57,904 bases of DNA from a virus (Duplodnaviria; Caudoviricetes). Below are positions 1 through 9,240 of this stretch, piece after piece. Positions within the stretch are counted from its first letter, which is position 1, and each line of letters opens with the position of its first letter. The stretch is taken from positions 1 through 57,904 of IMG/VR virus record IMGVR_UViG_3300028883_000011; one strand, written 5' to 3'. A program made the position numbers and the translations under genes. The notes under the pieces are model-generated. The model searched no databases and had not been told where the DNA came from. It saw only the letters and a list, made by a program, of their open reading frames with translations.

Positions 1-127
1 GGCTGTCTTGGATTGGGATGCTGAAGCGGCTGCTCTAGCGCTGGCTGTTTTCAGTGACGCCGAAAAAGTTGGCTCCAACGATGTCAAGATCGAAGGTGAA
101 ATTGGCCGTAAATTTGGGATCAACTGG
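1..127. repeat. Terminal direct repeat (copy 1), assembly overlap of a circular genome
   Basis: Identical to 57778-57904; the capsid reading frame continues across the junction. Confidence 0.97.
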
Positions 128-667
128 TGTGCTGATGACGATGTGCCCAGCCATACCGCCGGCACCATCACCACTGGCCTCGCGGCAAAAACATCAACCG
201 CCCAAGCTGTCGGCCTTGAAACCATTGTAGCCACAACTGCGGCAGGCACTGGGGCGTGTGCGCTGTTGGAAGGTGACATTATCTCTATTGCCGGAGATGA
301 TCAGACCTACGTTCTTACTGCCGATGCTACTCAAGCCTCTGCAGCCACTGATGTCAACCTCGCTATTAGCCCGGCATTGAAAGTTGCGCTGACTGGTGAC
401 GAGGCCATTACGGTCAAAGCCACCCATGTTCTTAACCTGGGCTTCCATCGTGATGCCTTTGGTCTGGCCATGCGTGAGCCGGGTGGGAACCTGAAAAGCA
501 AGTACGCTTCCGAAATCATCAACTCTTATACCATCGCGGATCCGATTACCAAGCTGGTATTCCGGCTGGAGCAGATCCGGCAGTATAAGCAGATTATGTG
601 GGATCTGGACTGTCTCTGGGGAACCAATCTGATCCGGCCTGAATACGCTTGCCGTCTGGCGGGATAG
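2..667 (+). CDS. Major capsid protein, 3' part (P22 coat-like family); gene starts at 57266 and wraps the origin
   Basis: In frame with the 57266 ORF across the repeat; C-terminal NLGFHRDAFGLAMR...DCLWG motif typical of P22-coat-like proteins. Confidence 0.9.
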   Translation, partial: AVLDWDAEAAALALAVFSDAEKVGSNDVKIEGEIGRKFGINWCADDDVPSHTAGTITTGLAAKTSTAQAVGLETIVATTAAGTGACALLEGDIISIAGDDQTYVLTADATQASAATDVNLAISPALKVALTGDEAITVKATHVLNLGFHRDAFGLAMREPGGNLKSKYASEIINSYTIADPITKLVFRLEQIRQYKQIMWDLDCLWGTNLIRPEYACRLAG

Positions 668-723
668 TATAACAGAAGGGGAGAGTCTCCCCTTTCTTCC
701 ACAACCTTTAGAAAAGGAAACCA

Positions 724-987
724 ATGGCTAAAATCAACACCGTCAGAATCAAATCTGACGCTTTTGAAGACGGGCTGGTGATCAACGAGTCCGAATATGA
801 TCCGGAAGTTCATGAGCTTTTTGAAGCTGAAGAAGCTGAGGATCCGGATCGACCGTCATTTGATGAGATGACCGTGGCACAGCTCAGAGCTTATGCCGAA
901 GAAAAAGAGCTCGTGTTGGAAGGTATCAATGCGGCATCCAGCAAGGCGAGCGTTATCTCTGCGATCAAGAAAGCTCTGGAGCCGTAA
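724..987 (+). CDS. Small capsid-adjacent protein with C-terminal Rho-N/HeH-like helical motif
   Basis: MTVAQLRAYAEE...SKASVISAI motif; RBS AAGGA. Confidence 0.6.
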   Translation: MAKINTVRIKSDAFEDGLVINESEYDPEVHELFEAEEAEDPDRPSFDEMTVAQLRAYAEEKELVLEGINAASSKASVISAIKKALEP

Positions 988-1007
988 ACCGCCAATAAGG
1001 ACGGATC

Positions 1008-1310
1008 ATGGAACAGTGCGAACAACACGGTGATCTCATGCGGATCGTCGGGGGTCTTGAGGGAACACTGCAATCGATCCAGGCCAATCAATCGAAAATG
1101 AGCGCTGATATCGGTCGGCTGTTCAAACGAATCGACGAGATTTGCGAAGCTCAAAATAGAGAGATCAAAGCAGTAAAGGAAAAACACGCTGAAGAAATGC
1201 AGACCATGAAGGATTCCAAGAGCCGGTTCTATGTCAAGGTAATCGGTTTCGTGGCCCTGCTCTCTTCGGCTGTCAGTGGCTTTATCGCCACATACATCAA
1301 AACCCCGTGA
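1008..1310 (+). CDS. Coiled-coil protein with C-terminal TM helix (holin/XhlA-like)
   Basis: Heptad N-terminus, hydrophobic VIGFVALLSSAVSGFIATY tail. Confidence 0.5.
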   Translation: MEQCEQHGDLMRIVGGLEGTLQSIQANQSKMSADIGRLFKRIDEICEAQNREIKAVKEKHAEEMQTMKDSKSRFYVKVIGFVALLSSAVSGFIATYIKTP

Positions 1311-1314
1311 AAAG

Positions 1315-4300
1315 ATGGCTGTTGCACAAGACTTACTGGACGAATACCTGGATCATGCAGTTGACCTGGTGGGCGTAGAGAAAGATCTGCAGCAGCGCAT
1401 CCTCGGGCAGCTCAAGGCTCTGGAACAGGAACTGATCTCGAAATTTATTGATATCGATTACGATAACCCCCCAACCAAGGCACAGGCTGAACGAATGGAA
1501 AAGCTACTCATGCAGACCAAAGCCACCATTAAATCAGCCTATCAGTCTATTGAATCAGACCATGCCGAATTCTTGGCCGATTTTTCCAAAGTTGAGGCCG
1601 AAGCCAATGTCAATCTACCCAACCGGATCCTGGGCGCTTCCATTTTCTCAACCAGCCTGTCACCAAAACAGCTCAAAGAGATCTGCAAAGACACCCTGAT
1701 CCAGGGAGCTCCGTCCGCGGAATGGTGGAGCCGCATGGACAAGAAGACCATGGAGCGATTCTCCGACGAAGTCCGCCAGGGGATGCTGGCAGGCGAGCCG
1801 TTGAACGAAATTGTCCAGCGGATCCGCGGAAAATCCACCGGAAAAAGCAAGACCTACTACCAGTTTATCAAGGGCAAGGATAAAGACGGTAATCCCGTTT
1901 ATCGAATGAAGAAAAAGAACGGGAAGCCGGTTCGCAAGAAGTGGATGAAGTTCAAAGGTGGCGTGATGGGGGTAACCACCCGGGAGGCCGAATCCCTGGC
2001 CCGATCCTCTGTCCAGACCGTGGCCAATACTGTCCGCAATCAGGTGATTGCAGAGAATGATGAGTTCGTCAAAGGATACGAGTGGATGTCGACCCTGGAT
2101 ATGAGAACCACCCCCCTCTGCCGAGCCCTGGATGGCAACAAATGGACCCTGGATTATACCCCGGTTGGTGATTCCCTGCCTTTCCCCGGGCCCTGCCCGC
2201 ATTGGGGGTGCCGGTCAACAACTGTTCCCTGGATGAAACCGATGTCAGAGCTTTCCCAGGGGAAGCTGGGGGATATCCCGGAAGGAAAGCGGGCAGCCAT
2301 GGCTGATAGTTGGCCAGATCATGGGGGCGATGTCCCCTCCAAAACGACCTTTACCCAGTGGTTTGATAAGCAGCCGGAGGAAAGGCAGCTGGAGATCCTG
2401 GGCCCGGGCAAGCTCAGTTTGTATAAAAAAAACAAGCTGACCTTTCGTGACATGGTGGACGGCAACGGAGAGCCACTTACCATTCCCGAATTGGAAGCCA
2501 AGGTGAAAAAGAAAGGTTTTAAACCCCTACCCCCAAGGGTGCCCGAGTTTGATGAGCAGGGATATCTTCGAGACATGAAACAGGCCCTGGAGGATCCGGA
2601 GGTAACGGTTCAGTTCCGGAAAAACATCGACCATGGATCCCTGTCGCTTAATGGAGTCCGGCTCAAGAAGGCGGGTCCACCCCGGTTGGGCCAAGATATT
2701 GATATTGGAGAGCCCAAGTTTAAAGCAACGAAAGGCAAAAAGACGTCATCCGGTATCATCATCGAGGAAGATGACGGCCGGGTCTGGGTATATGAACCGG
2801 AGGATCATTTTGGCGGATATGAACACACCTTCCCGAAAGGAACGATTAATGAGGGGGAAACACTGCAACAGGCAGCGATCAGGGAGGTTTTTGAGGAAAC
2901 CGGTCTGGAAGTGGAGATTACCGGATTTCTGGGAGACTATGAAAAAAGCACTTCGAAAACCCGTTACTATGTCGGCCGGCGCAAGGGCGGCGATCCGTCA
3001 GCAGCTCACTGGGAAGCGAAGAACGTAAAACTGGTTCCAAAGCAACAGGTCAAAGATTTATTGAACGTCGATGTCGATAAGAATATTGTTGACGACTACT
3101 TCAACGGCTTTCACGCCAGCGATAAGTATCTTGAATTTGAGCCAGGTTCCCAGAGGGGGTCCAATCCCGGGGGCACATTCACCCATAAACTGACGGGGAA
3201 GAAGTTCTACGGGAAATTCTACAGTGACATCGACCAGGCACGATCCGAGGTTCTGGCCAACAACCTGGCCGGGGAGCTGGATATTGGAGCGCCGAAGTCA
3301 AAGATCGCAACCGTTGCCGTTCCCAAAGAAATGCAGAGCCGGCTGGGTGCCGGGCAGGCCGATATTATTCTGACCGATTTTGTAGATGATCTGAAGGCCC
3401 TGGAGTACAAGAAAAAATCGAAACGGCTGCAGGCCCAGATCGCAAAGCACCATATCTTTGCCGGACTGGTTGAGGACTGGGACGTAGTGGGGCTTGGGTA
3501 TGACAATCTCCTGATGGATGGCAGCGGCCGGGTATTCGTGATCGACCAGGGGGGTGCCTTCAAGTTCAGGGCCCAGGGGTTGCCAAAGAAATACTCAGAG
3601 CTTCCGGATGCTTTCGATTCCCTGCTGACTGATATCAATCATCAGGCCAAGACGGTATTCGGTCCGGTGTTTGAATCCTATACCAAGGAGAATGGTGAGC
3701 AGCTGGCCAGGTGGCTGGGTAAGCTCTCTGATAATAAGATCAGGAGATCTGCATTGGCCGCGGGTATCCAGGACACGCAACTGGTTGAAAACCTGATTTC
3801 CCGGAAAAAGGTTCTTATTGATCGGCTGAGGTCTTTTAAAAAGTCGGTTGAAGTTATTAATAAACCTGATAAGATTGGAAGGCATTTTAACGCTATCGAA
3901 GGAATCAAGAAGTCCAGGATTGTTGGGAAAAATATCAAAGGGGACAGGGACCTGGTGGAGGACTGCAACATGCTGTTCTGGGAGGAAAAGAACGCATCCG
4001 GCGAAATAATCACCCGGGTCAAAATGAAAATGACACTGGATGGATCAAACCGGATCACAGATAGCCTCGACCTGAGAGGGCAGATCTCAACCGGACCGGT
4101 CAACTCCCGGGACATGTACTGGAATGATATCCTTTCTTTCATCAAAACCGTCAACCATCATGCCGGAGACGGGAAATACAACACCGATACCGTATCCAAA
4201 GCCCTTGAATGGAAAAAGAGCCTGACTGAACTTGCTTGTATAGCAGCCGAAGCGGAAACCAAAGCCATGGCCAGGCATTACGTCGACCTAATTGAACGGG

Positions 4301-5493
4301 TTGAAAAAGCCATGGCCCAGGGGAAAACAACCGGTCAGCTCAAGCAGTTCACTCCGAAGCCCAGGGCTGTCCGTCCCAGGGAGAGGAGATCGGCGGCCAG
4401 GGTCAGGAAAAGGAAGATTGAATTTGCCGAAAAACAGACTGAAAGGGGCCGTTCCAGGTCAACCGGTAGCCATGTCTATAAAAAAGACGATGATTTGTTC
4501 GAGATCGATTTTGATGATGGCATTAAAGTGGATTTCGTGCCCTATAACCCGAATGATCCGTTTTCCAGGAATGATTCAATGTTCGCCTTGAGAGGGCAGA
4601 TCGACGGGTACATTGATGGGGAAGTCACCCAGGAAAAACTGAACGATTTTTTTGATCACATGGCCAGTATCGGTGTGGACCTGGGAACTCCTTCGGATGA
4701 ATTCCTGGAGCTGCTCTACCTGAAGCAGGGGGCATACATCAATAACTGGGATCTCGACAGCGGATTTCAGGAGATATGGAACGCTCAAATTTCTGATGCT
4801 GAAAAAATTGGAAAAATAAAATCCCACATAAAGAAAAAGTATGCTATAATGCTGCCGGAAGATAACTATCCGGATTGGTATAACCCAATCGGACAGGAGA
4901 ATTCATTCGGGGAGGGATGGAACCGGCGGCACCGGTGGGATCTGCCTGTCGAGGAGGTGGAAAAAGAGATGAAGTCGTACACCCTTTATCATTCTCCGAG
5001 CGGCAGTATCCCGGACCTGATTGAATCGCTGCTCAATGGTGGTGGTGATTTCACGTCAACCACCGAGCGGTTGAGAAAGGGCGTCTCCATTCGTGCCGGT
5101 TGGTCGCCTGAGCCTGATATCCGGTCTGGTGGCGCCAACTACCTGTTTACAAGAATCCGGTCCAAGAGAAACCGTGACACCGGCCTCCGGTTCAAGATCC
5201 GGAACCTCAGCAGGGTTGATGCCATCACTTATCGCGGGGACATGTATGGCCGGACAACTGGCGACACCGTTCGGGAGCTCCGCGGTCGCACAGTTAAAGA
5301 CTTTAAAGACTACTCCGGGTCCAGTTCAAACGAGACAATCTTTAAGTATGGCCTGAACGTCCTGGACGAACTGGAGAGCATCACAGTCGCGAGCGCTGCA
5401 GAAAAAAAGAAAGTTGTCGACCTGTTTATGAAGCATGGGTGGGAGAGGCTGCCGGATGGCAGAAAAGTTGAGGATATTATCAAGGTGAGATGA
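1315..5493 (+). CDS. MuF (SPP1 gp7-like) minor head protein fused to Nudix hydrolase, atypical kinase-like domain and C-terminal ART-like domain
   Basis: MuF motif TLDMRTTPLCRALDG...HWGCRST; perfect Nudix box GTINEGETLQQAAIREVFEETGL; kinase-like GSNPGG/FYGKF/DWD..DN/IDQGG; C-terminal YH..GGANYLF..NETIF. Confidence 0.85.
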   Translation: MAVAQDLLDEYLDHAVDLVGVEKDLQQRILGQLKALEQELISKFIDIDYDNPPTKAQAERMEKLLMQTKATIKSAYQSIESDHAEFLADFSKVEAEANVNLPNRILGASIFSTSLSPKQLKEICKDTLIQGAPSAEWWSRMDKKTMERFSDEVRQGMLAGEPLNEIVQRIRGKSTGKSKTYYQFIKGKDKDGNPVYRMKKKNGKPVRKKWMKFKGGVMGVTTREAESLARSSVQTVANTVRNQVIAENDEFVKGYEWMSTLDMRTTPLCRALDGNKWTLDYTPVGDSLPFPGPCPHWGCRSTTVPWMKPMSELSQGKLGDIPEGKRAAMADSWPDHGGDVPSKTTFTQWFDKQPEERQLEILGPGKLSLYKKNKLTFRDMVDGNGEPLTIPELEAKVKKKGFKPLPPRVPEFDEQGYLRDMKQALEDPEVTVQFRKNIDHGSLSLNGVRLKKAGPPRLGQDIDIGEPKFKATKGKKTSSGIIIEEDDGRVWVYEPEDHFGGYEHTFPKGTINEGETLQQAAIREVFEETGLEVEITGFLGDYEKSTSKTRYYVGRRKGGDPSAAHWEAKNVKLVPKQQVKDLLNVDVDKNIVDDYFNGFHASDKYLEFEPGSQRGSNPGGTFTHKLTGKKFYGKFYSDIDQARSEVLANNLAGELDIGAPKSKIATVAVPKEMQSRLGAGQADIILTDFVDDLKALEYKKKSKRLQAQIAKHHIFAGLVEDWDVVGLGYDNLLMDGSGRVFVIDQGGAFKFRAQGLPKKYSELPDAFDSLLTDINHQAKTVFGPVFESYTKENGEQLARWLGKLSDNKIRRSALAAGIQDTQLVENLISRKKVLIDRLRSFKKSVEVINKPDKIGRHFNAIEGIKKSRIVGKNIKGDRDLVEDCNMLFWEEKNASGEIITRVKMKMTLDGSNRITDSLDLRGQISTGPVNSRDMYWNDILSFIKTVNHHAGDGKYNTDTVSKALEWKKSLTELACIAAEAETKAMARHYVDLIERVEKAMAQGKTTGQLKQFTPKPRAVRPRERRSAARVRKRKIEFAEKQTERGRSRSTGSHVYKKDDDLFEIDFDDGIKVDFVPYNPNDPFSRNDSMFALRGQIDGYIDGEVTQEKLNDFFDHMASIGVDLGTPSDEFLELLYLKQGAYINNWDLDSGFQEIWNAQISDAEKIGKIKSHIKKKYAIMLPEDNYPDWYNPIGQENSFGEGWNRRHRWDLPVEEVEKEMKSYTLYHSPSGSIPDLIESLLNGGGDFTSTTERLRKGVSIRAGWSPEPDIRSGGANYLFTRIRSKRNRDTGLRFKIRNLSRVDAITYRGDMYGRTTGDTVRELRGRTVKDFKDYSGSSSNETIFKYGLNVLDELESITVASAAEKKKVVDLFMKHGWERLPDGRKVEDIIKVR

Positions 5494-5876
5494 TGAGAGA
5501 AAAAAATCTTAAAGAACTACTCAAAAAGGGGGCCAAGATAGAGCTCCTGGAGGGGCTGGACGGCTTTATCGGAAAAGAGATCTATTCCGCGATTGTCGGG
5601 TTGTGGAATCTCAGCACCAGTCGCCTTTTTTTCAGCCAGATCTTCCCCGAGGATCAGCACCACGTTCACCGGTTTCCGTTTCAGGTGATCGTTGAGCATA
5701 ACCCGGGGTCCTTTGAACTTCGAGGGAGTGATCGGCTTTTCATCTCGGAGCTTGAGTCCGATGATGATATTTCGGCGTTCAACCGGTGGGTAGATTATTA
5801 CGAGCAAGACAAAGACCGGTTGGATGATTTTTTCAAACAGGAAACAGAGGAGAAGAGCGATGTGGATATTCAGTAA
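5490..5876 (+). CDS. Acidic hypothetical protein, candidate immunity protein for the MuF effector
   Basis: ATGA overlap with the MuF stop; 128 aa, acidic. Confidence 0.55.
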   Translation: MMREKNLKELLKKGAKIELLEGLDGFIGKEIYSAIVGLWNLSTSRLFFSQIFPEDQHHVHRFPFQVIVEHNPGSFELRGSDRLFISELESDDDISAFNRWVDYYEQDKDRLDDFFKQETEEKSDVDIQ

Positions 5877-6243
5877 GTATGGTTTTTTCAGCATAGTCAA
5901 GGGGAATGGAGAGTCAATCCAGGTCAGAGCCAGGAAGAGGAAGGACCTTGTCAATCTTTTGATTGCCAGTAATCTGTTTAAGCATCCGATCCGGGATGAT
6001 CTCGGAACGGACTACGCCTACCGCGTGTTTGTTTCGAAAGAACAGCTGGCCGATGTAATGTTGGCGTTGGGTGATTCCCTGGACTACCGCAATTTTAAAA
6101 ACATGATCCATAATACACCTGATCAAGTGGACAAGTTGCCGATCCTGCATCATCTCTGGGCTGACATGTTCCACTACCAGGGAGAGCACAAGGAGTCACA
6201 TGCTTTTAGTGGAGAAGATTGTTTCGCAGCTCAAGAAAGATGA
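5860..6243 (+). CDS. Conserved hypothetical protein (MWIFxxxGFFSIV...VRAR...DYxYR...DYxNFK type)
   Basis: Recognisable motif pattern; overlaps the preceding gene. Confidence 0.65.
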   Translation: MWIFSKYGFFSIVKGNGESIQVRARKRKDLVNLLIASNLFKHPIRDDLGTDYAYRVFVSKEQLADVMLALGDSLDYRNFKNMIHNTPDQVDKLPILHHLWADMFHYQGEHKESHAFSGEDCFAAQER

Positions 6244-6631
6244 GGGATTCCGGGGCCAGCCGTATAAGTGCCCGGCAGGCGCCACTACAATTGCGTATGG
6301 CCGGAACCTGGATGCCAACCCGCTGACCGAAGAAGAGGGGGACTACCTCCTTCGTCGGGGGGTTGAGTCGGCGTTCAGGATGCTGTACCGTTATCCGTTT
6401 TTCAGCGATCTGCCGGACGACAAACGCGAGGTCCTGGTATGCATGATGTACCAGCTGGGGCCTGTTCGTTTCTCTGGGTTTGCAAAAATGCTGGCAGCTT
6501 TCAAGGCCGGCAACCACCACATAGCAGCCGTTGAACTCAAAGACTCCCTTTATTACCGGCAGCATGAGGAGTGGGGGAGTGACCGGGTGAAACATATGGT
6601 CAGTGTTCTGTCAGGTGGGATCATCGAATAG
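6200..6631 (+). CDS. Endolysin, T4-lysozyme-like (GH24) muramidase
   Basis: DEGFRGQPYKCPAGATTIAYGRNL catalytic motif. Confidence 0.88.
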   Translation: MLLVEKIVSQLKKDEGFRGQPYKCPAGATTIAYGRNLDANPLTEEEGDYLLRRGVESAFRMLYRYPFFSDLPDDKREVLVCMMYQLGPVRFSGFAKMLAAFKAGNHHIAAVELKDSLYYRQHEEWGSDRVKHMVSVLSGGIIE

Positions 6632-6640
6632 GAGAATATC

Positions 6641-6943
6641 ATGATTGAACAATTTTTGATGGAACTGGTAATCGCATACCCGGCAGTCAGCATTCCGTTT
6701 GCTGTGATCGGCGGCATTGTCGTACTGGCCCAGATAATCATCCCGCTGACCCCGACGAAAAAGGACGATGAGGCATATGCCAGGGTAATGAAAGGGATCC
6801 CCGGGAAGATCTTGAGCGGCTTTACTGCTTTCGCTCCCATCCAGGTCAAGGGGCTGCCCGCGAAATTGCTGCAAGCATTTAAGAACTACCAGAACGCCCG
6901 GCAGCTCAAAAAGGATATTAAGAAGATCATCGGGAGTGAATAA
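6641..6943 (+). CDS. Putative holin
   Basis: N-terminal TM, TPTKKDD motif, basic C-terminus, next to the endolysin. Confidence 0.6.
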   Translation: MIEQFLMELVIAYPAVSIPFAVIGGIVVLAQIIIPLTPTKKDDEAYARVMKGIPGKILSGFTAFAPIQVKGLPAKLLQAFKNYQNARQLKKDIKKIIGSE

Positions 6944-7425
6944 TGGCCATCACGGTTGGAACCAATACCTATATCACGATCGCTGATGCAGACACCTATT
7001 TTTCCAACCTGGGGAACACTACCTGGGATGGAAAAACGGATGCTCAGAAAGAGGTTGCCCTCCGCCTGGCCTGCCAGTATATCGAGAACAAGTATTCCGG
7101 TCGATGGAAGGGAGCTGTTACAGACCTGGACCAAGCACTCTCCTGGCCGCGATCTGGCGTTACCGACAGGGAAGGGCGCTCGATTGATACCGATGAGTAT
7201 CCGTCCGGGTTAACGGATGCGCAGTGTGATCTCGCGTATAAATCATTCACGGAAACCCTGATGCCTGATATTGACGCCGGCGCCAGCCAAATGATTGAGC
7301 AGAAGGCAGGGCCGGTAACCCAGAAATGGAGCCCGGGAAAGAACCCGAAGAAGCGGTTTGAATTAGCGCATTCCCTTCTGAAACCGTATCTGGTGACGTC
7401 GGGCGTCCGATTGGTGAGGTGCTGA
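6943..7425 (+). CDS. Head-tail adaptor (DnaT-like annotated family)
   Basis: NTYITIADADTYF...W...QALSWPR motif; synteny. Confidence 0.8.
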   Translation: MAITVGTNTYITIADADTYFSNLGNTTWDGKTDAQKEVALRLACQYIENKYSGRWKGAVTDLDQALSWPRSGVTDREGRSIDTDEYPSGLTDAQCDLAYKSFTETLMPDIDAGASQMIEQKAGPVTQKWSPGKNPKKRFELAHSLLKPYLVTSGVRLVRC

Positions 7426-7426
7426 T

Positions 7427-7771
7427 ATGGGTCTGGGACAGACCGTTTTTGATATGTTCGGTGGCATTGAGTACACATTTGCTGCGACTTTGACCAAGAA
7501 AACGGCCGGCACATATGACCCGGAGACACAGACGATCTCAGGGCAGGTCACGACGACCCATGATTGTTACGTCTTATTCGATAAAATGAAGGCATTTCCG
7601 CCTCATGTCGAGATCAAAATCGGTGATCGCTTTGCCGTCGTCGCAACGAACGGGGTCATTATTGAGCCCGGTAATACTATCACGATTGGTTCCGATGTTT
7701 ATTCTGTTTTGCCTGGGACCTGTGAGAACTCGGCCGGGCAGAACGCACTTTTTGATGTGTTGATGAGATGA
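7427..7771 (+). CDS. Head-closure/stopper protein
   Basis: GTYDPET...IKIGD motif; position after the adaptor. Confidence 0.65.
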   Translation: MGLGQTVFDMFGGIEYTFAATLTKKTAGTYDPETQTISGQVTTTHDCYVLFDKMKAFPPHVEIKIGDRFAVVATNGVIIEPGNTITIGSDVYSVLPGTCENSAGQNALFDVLMR

Positions 7772-8076
7772 TGGATAGCACTGCAACTGATTGGACCAAT
7801 TCAGGAGGATCCTGGACGATTACTACGATCAATGAACCTGATGTCTGGTTACCATCCGTATCTGACGAAGCAGAAAGGCGATGGTGGGAATACTGTAACA
7901 GGTTTTATTCGGTGTGCCGCATTCTGGAGATCAGAGATTGGCACAACCAAACACTCAAGCCAATTATGAAATCGATTCTGAGCCCGTTTTTGGCACGAAA
8001 ATCACTGATCCGGATCAGCCTGAAGACCCGGTTTTTCAATATGCGTTTTCGAGGCAGGCGCTGCCTGAACCTGTGA
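7768..8076 (+). CDS. Hypothetical protein inserted in the neck module
   Basis: Fills the gap exactly with an ATGA overlap; no recognisable motif. Confidence 0.45.
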   Translation: MMDSTATDWTNSGGSWTITTINEPDVWLPSVSDEAERRWWEYCNRFYSVCRILEIRDWHNQTLKPIMKSILSPFLARKSLIRISLKTRFFNMRFRGRRCLNL

Positions 8077-8077
8077 T

Positions 8078-8554
8078 ATGGATACGCCATTCCGAGGAAA
8101 GGAAAAGATCATTGCCGACAGTGCCAATGAATTCAGCACGCTGTTGAATCAACTCGGAGAGCATATCGGCGATCAATTCCAGACCGTGGCCACCGGTACT
8201 GTTTTGAGGACCTGGAAAGAGATCATCGCCAGGACGCCGGTTGACACCGGCAGGGCCCGGGCAAACTGGCAGATCGGAACCGAGGTTACCGGGACTGTTG
8301 TTGACGGTGAATTCAAGTCATCAGACAGAACACGATCAGCACCGCCCAGGCGCCTTGCATCGGATCCGAACATGCCCCAGGGCAGAGCCAGGACTGAGCT
8401 GAAGAATGCTGATGTGAAATGGATATTCAATAATCTGCCTTATATTGAAGCATTGGAGGCAGGGCACAGCGGCCAGGCACCGGCCGGGATGGTAGCGGAG
8501 TCGCTGCAGATGATGAACAACTATCTTAAATCCGAACTTGAGAAGTTGAAATGA
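8078..8554 (+). CDS. HK97 gp10-like neck/tail completion protein
   Basis: TPVDTGRARANW and NNLPYIEALEAGHSGQAPAGMV motifs. Confidence 0.85.
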   Translation: MDTPFRGKEKIIADSANEFSTLLNQLGEHIGDQFQTVATGTVLRTWKEIIARTPVDTGRARANWQIGTEVTGTVVDGEFKSSDRTRSAPPRRLASDPNMPQGRARTELKNADVKWIFNNLPYIEALEAGHSGQAPAGMVAESLQMMNNYLKSELEKLK

Positions 8555-8943
8555 ACCTGGTCATCGTCCAGAACCTGATAGAAACAGAAATCTCTACCAA
8601 TTGGTCTACTACATCGATCAAATGGCAGAATATCTCTTTCATTGAACCGAATACTGCCTGGATCTCAGTGGATATCAAACCAGGCTCGGCAGATACCACC
8701 AGCCTGGGGGCCAATGGGAAGAACCAGCAGTTCGGCAATGTCTGGATTAATGTGTTCTATCCGGTTGGGGCTGTTCTTTCGACGATGTTGGGATACGTTG
8801 ACACTCTCAAGGGGATTTTGGATCGCAAGTGTTTCGCCGGTGGGCTTCAATTTGAGGCGCCACAAATCATGGATATCGGAGCAGACGAAGATGATAAGTG
8901 GTACCAGGTCAGCATCCGGTTTCCGTTTTACTTTTTCGAATAG
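8551..8943 (+). CDS. Tail terminator protein
   Basis: W.N..F.EP..AW, G.V.INVFYP, WYQVSIRFPF pattern; synteny. Confidence 0.75.
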   Translation: MNLVIVQNLIETEISTNWSTTSIKWQNISFIEPNTAWISVDIKPGSADTTSLGANGKNQQFGNVWINVFYPVGAVLSTMLGYVDTLKGILDRKCFAGGLQFEAPQIMDIGADEDDKWYQVSIRFPFYFFE

Positions 8944-8949
8944 GCTAAC

Positions 8950-9216
8950 ATGAAAAAACCCAGGAAAAAAACGACCTTTGAGCTGGCTGCTTATGCCAAG
9001 GAGAAGTTCGGCGTCGATCTCGACCCGAGCCACCCGCGGACAGAGCTGGTCAAGGAGATCAGGCGGCTGGAGTCCAAGCCGGACAAAAAACAGGACAAAA
9101 GCCCTGACACAAAAGAGAAACGAGCTGAAGTATCCGGCGATAAAAAGCCAGAAAAATCAGCAACCAAGAAAGAAGCGAAAGGTGACAAAAAACAGGACAA
9201 AAGCCCTGACAAATAA
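8950..9216 (+). CDS. Lys-rich hypothetical protein with duplicated DKKQDKSPD peptide
   Basis: 28-bp exact repeat at 9082-9109 and 9184-9211. Confidence 0.6.
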   Translation: MKKPRKKTTFELAAYAKEKFGVDLDPSHPRTELVKEIRRLESKPDKKQDKSPDTKEKRAEVSGDKKPEKSATKKEAKGDKKQDKSPDK

Positions 9217-9240
9217 TCACATCATTTAAGGCTTTTTTAT

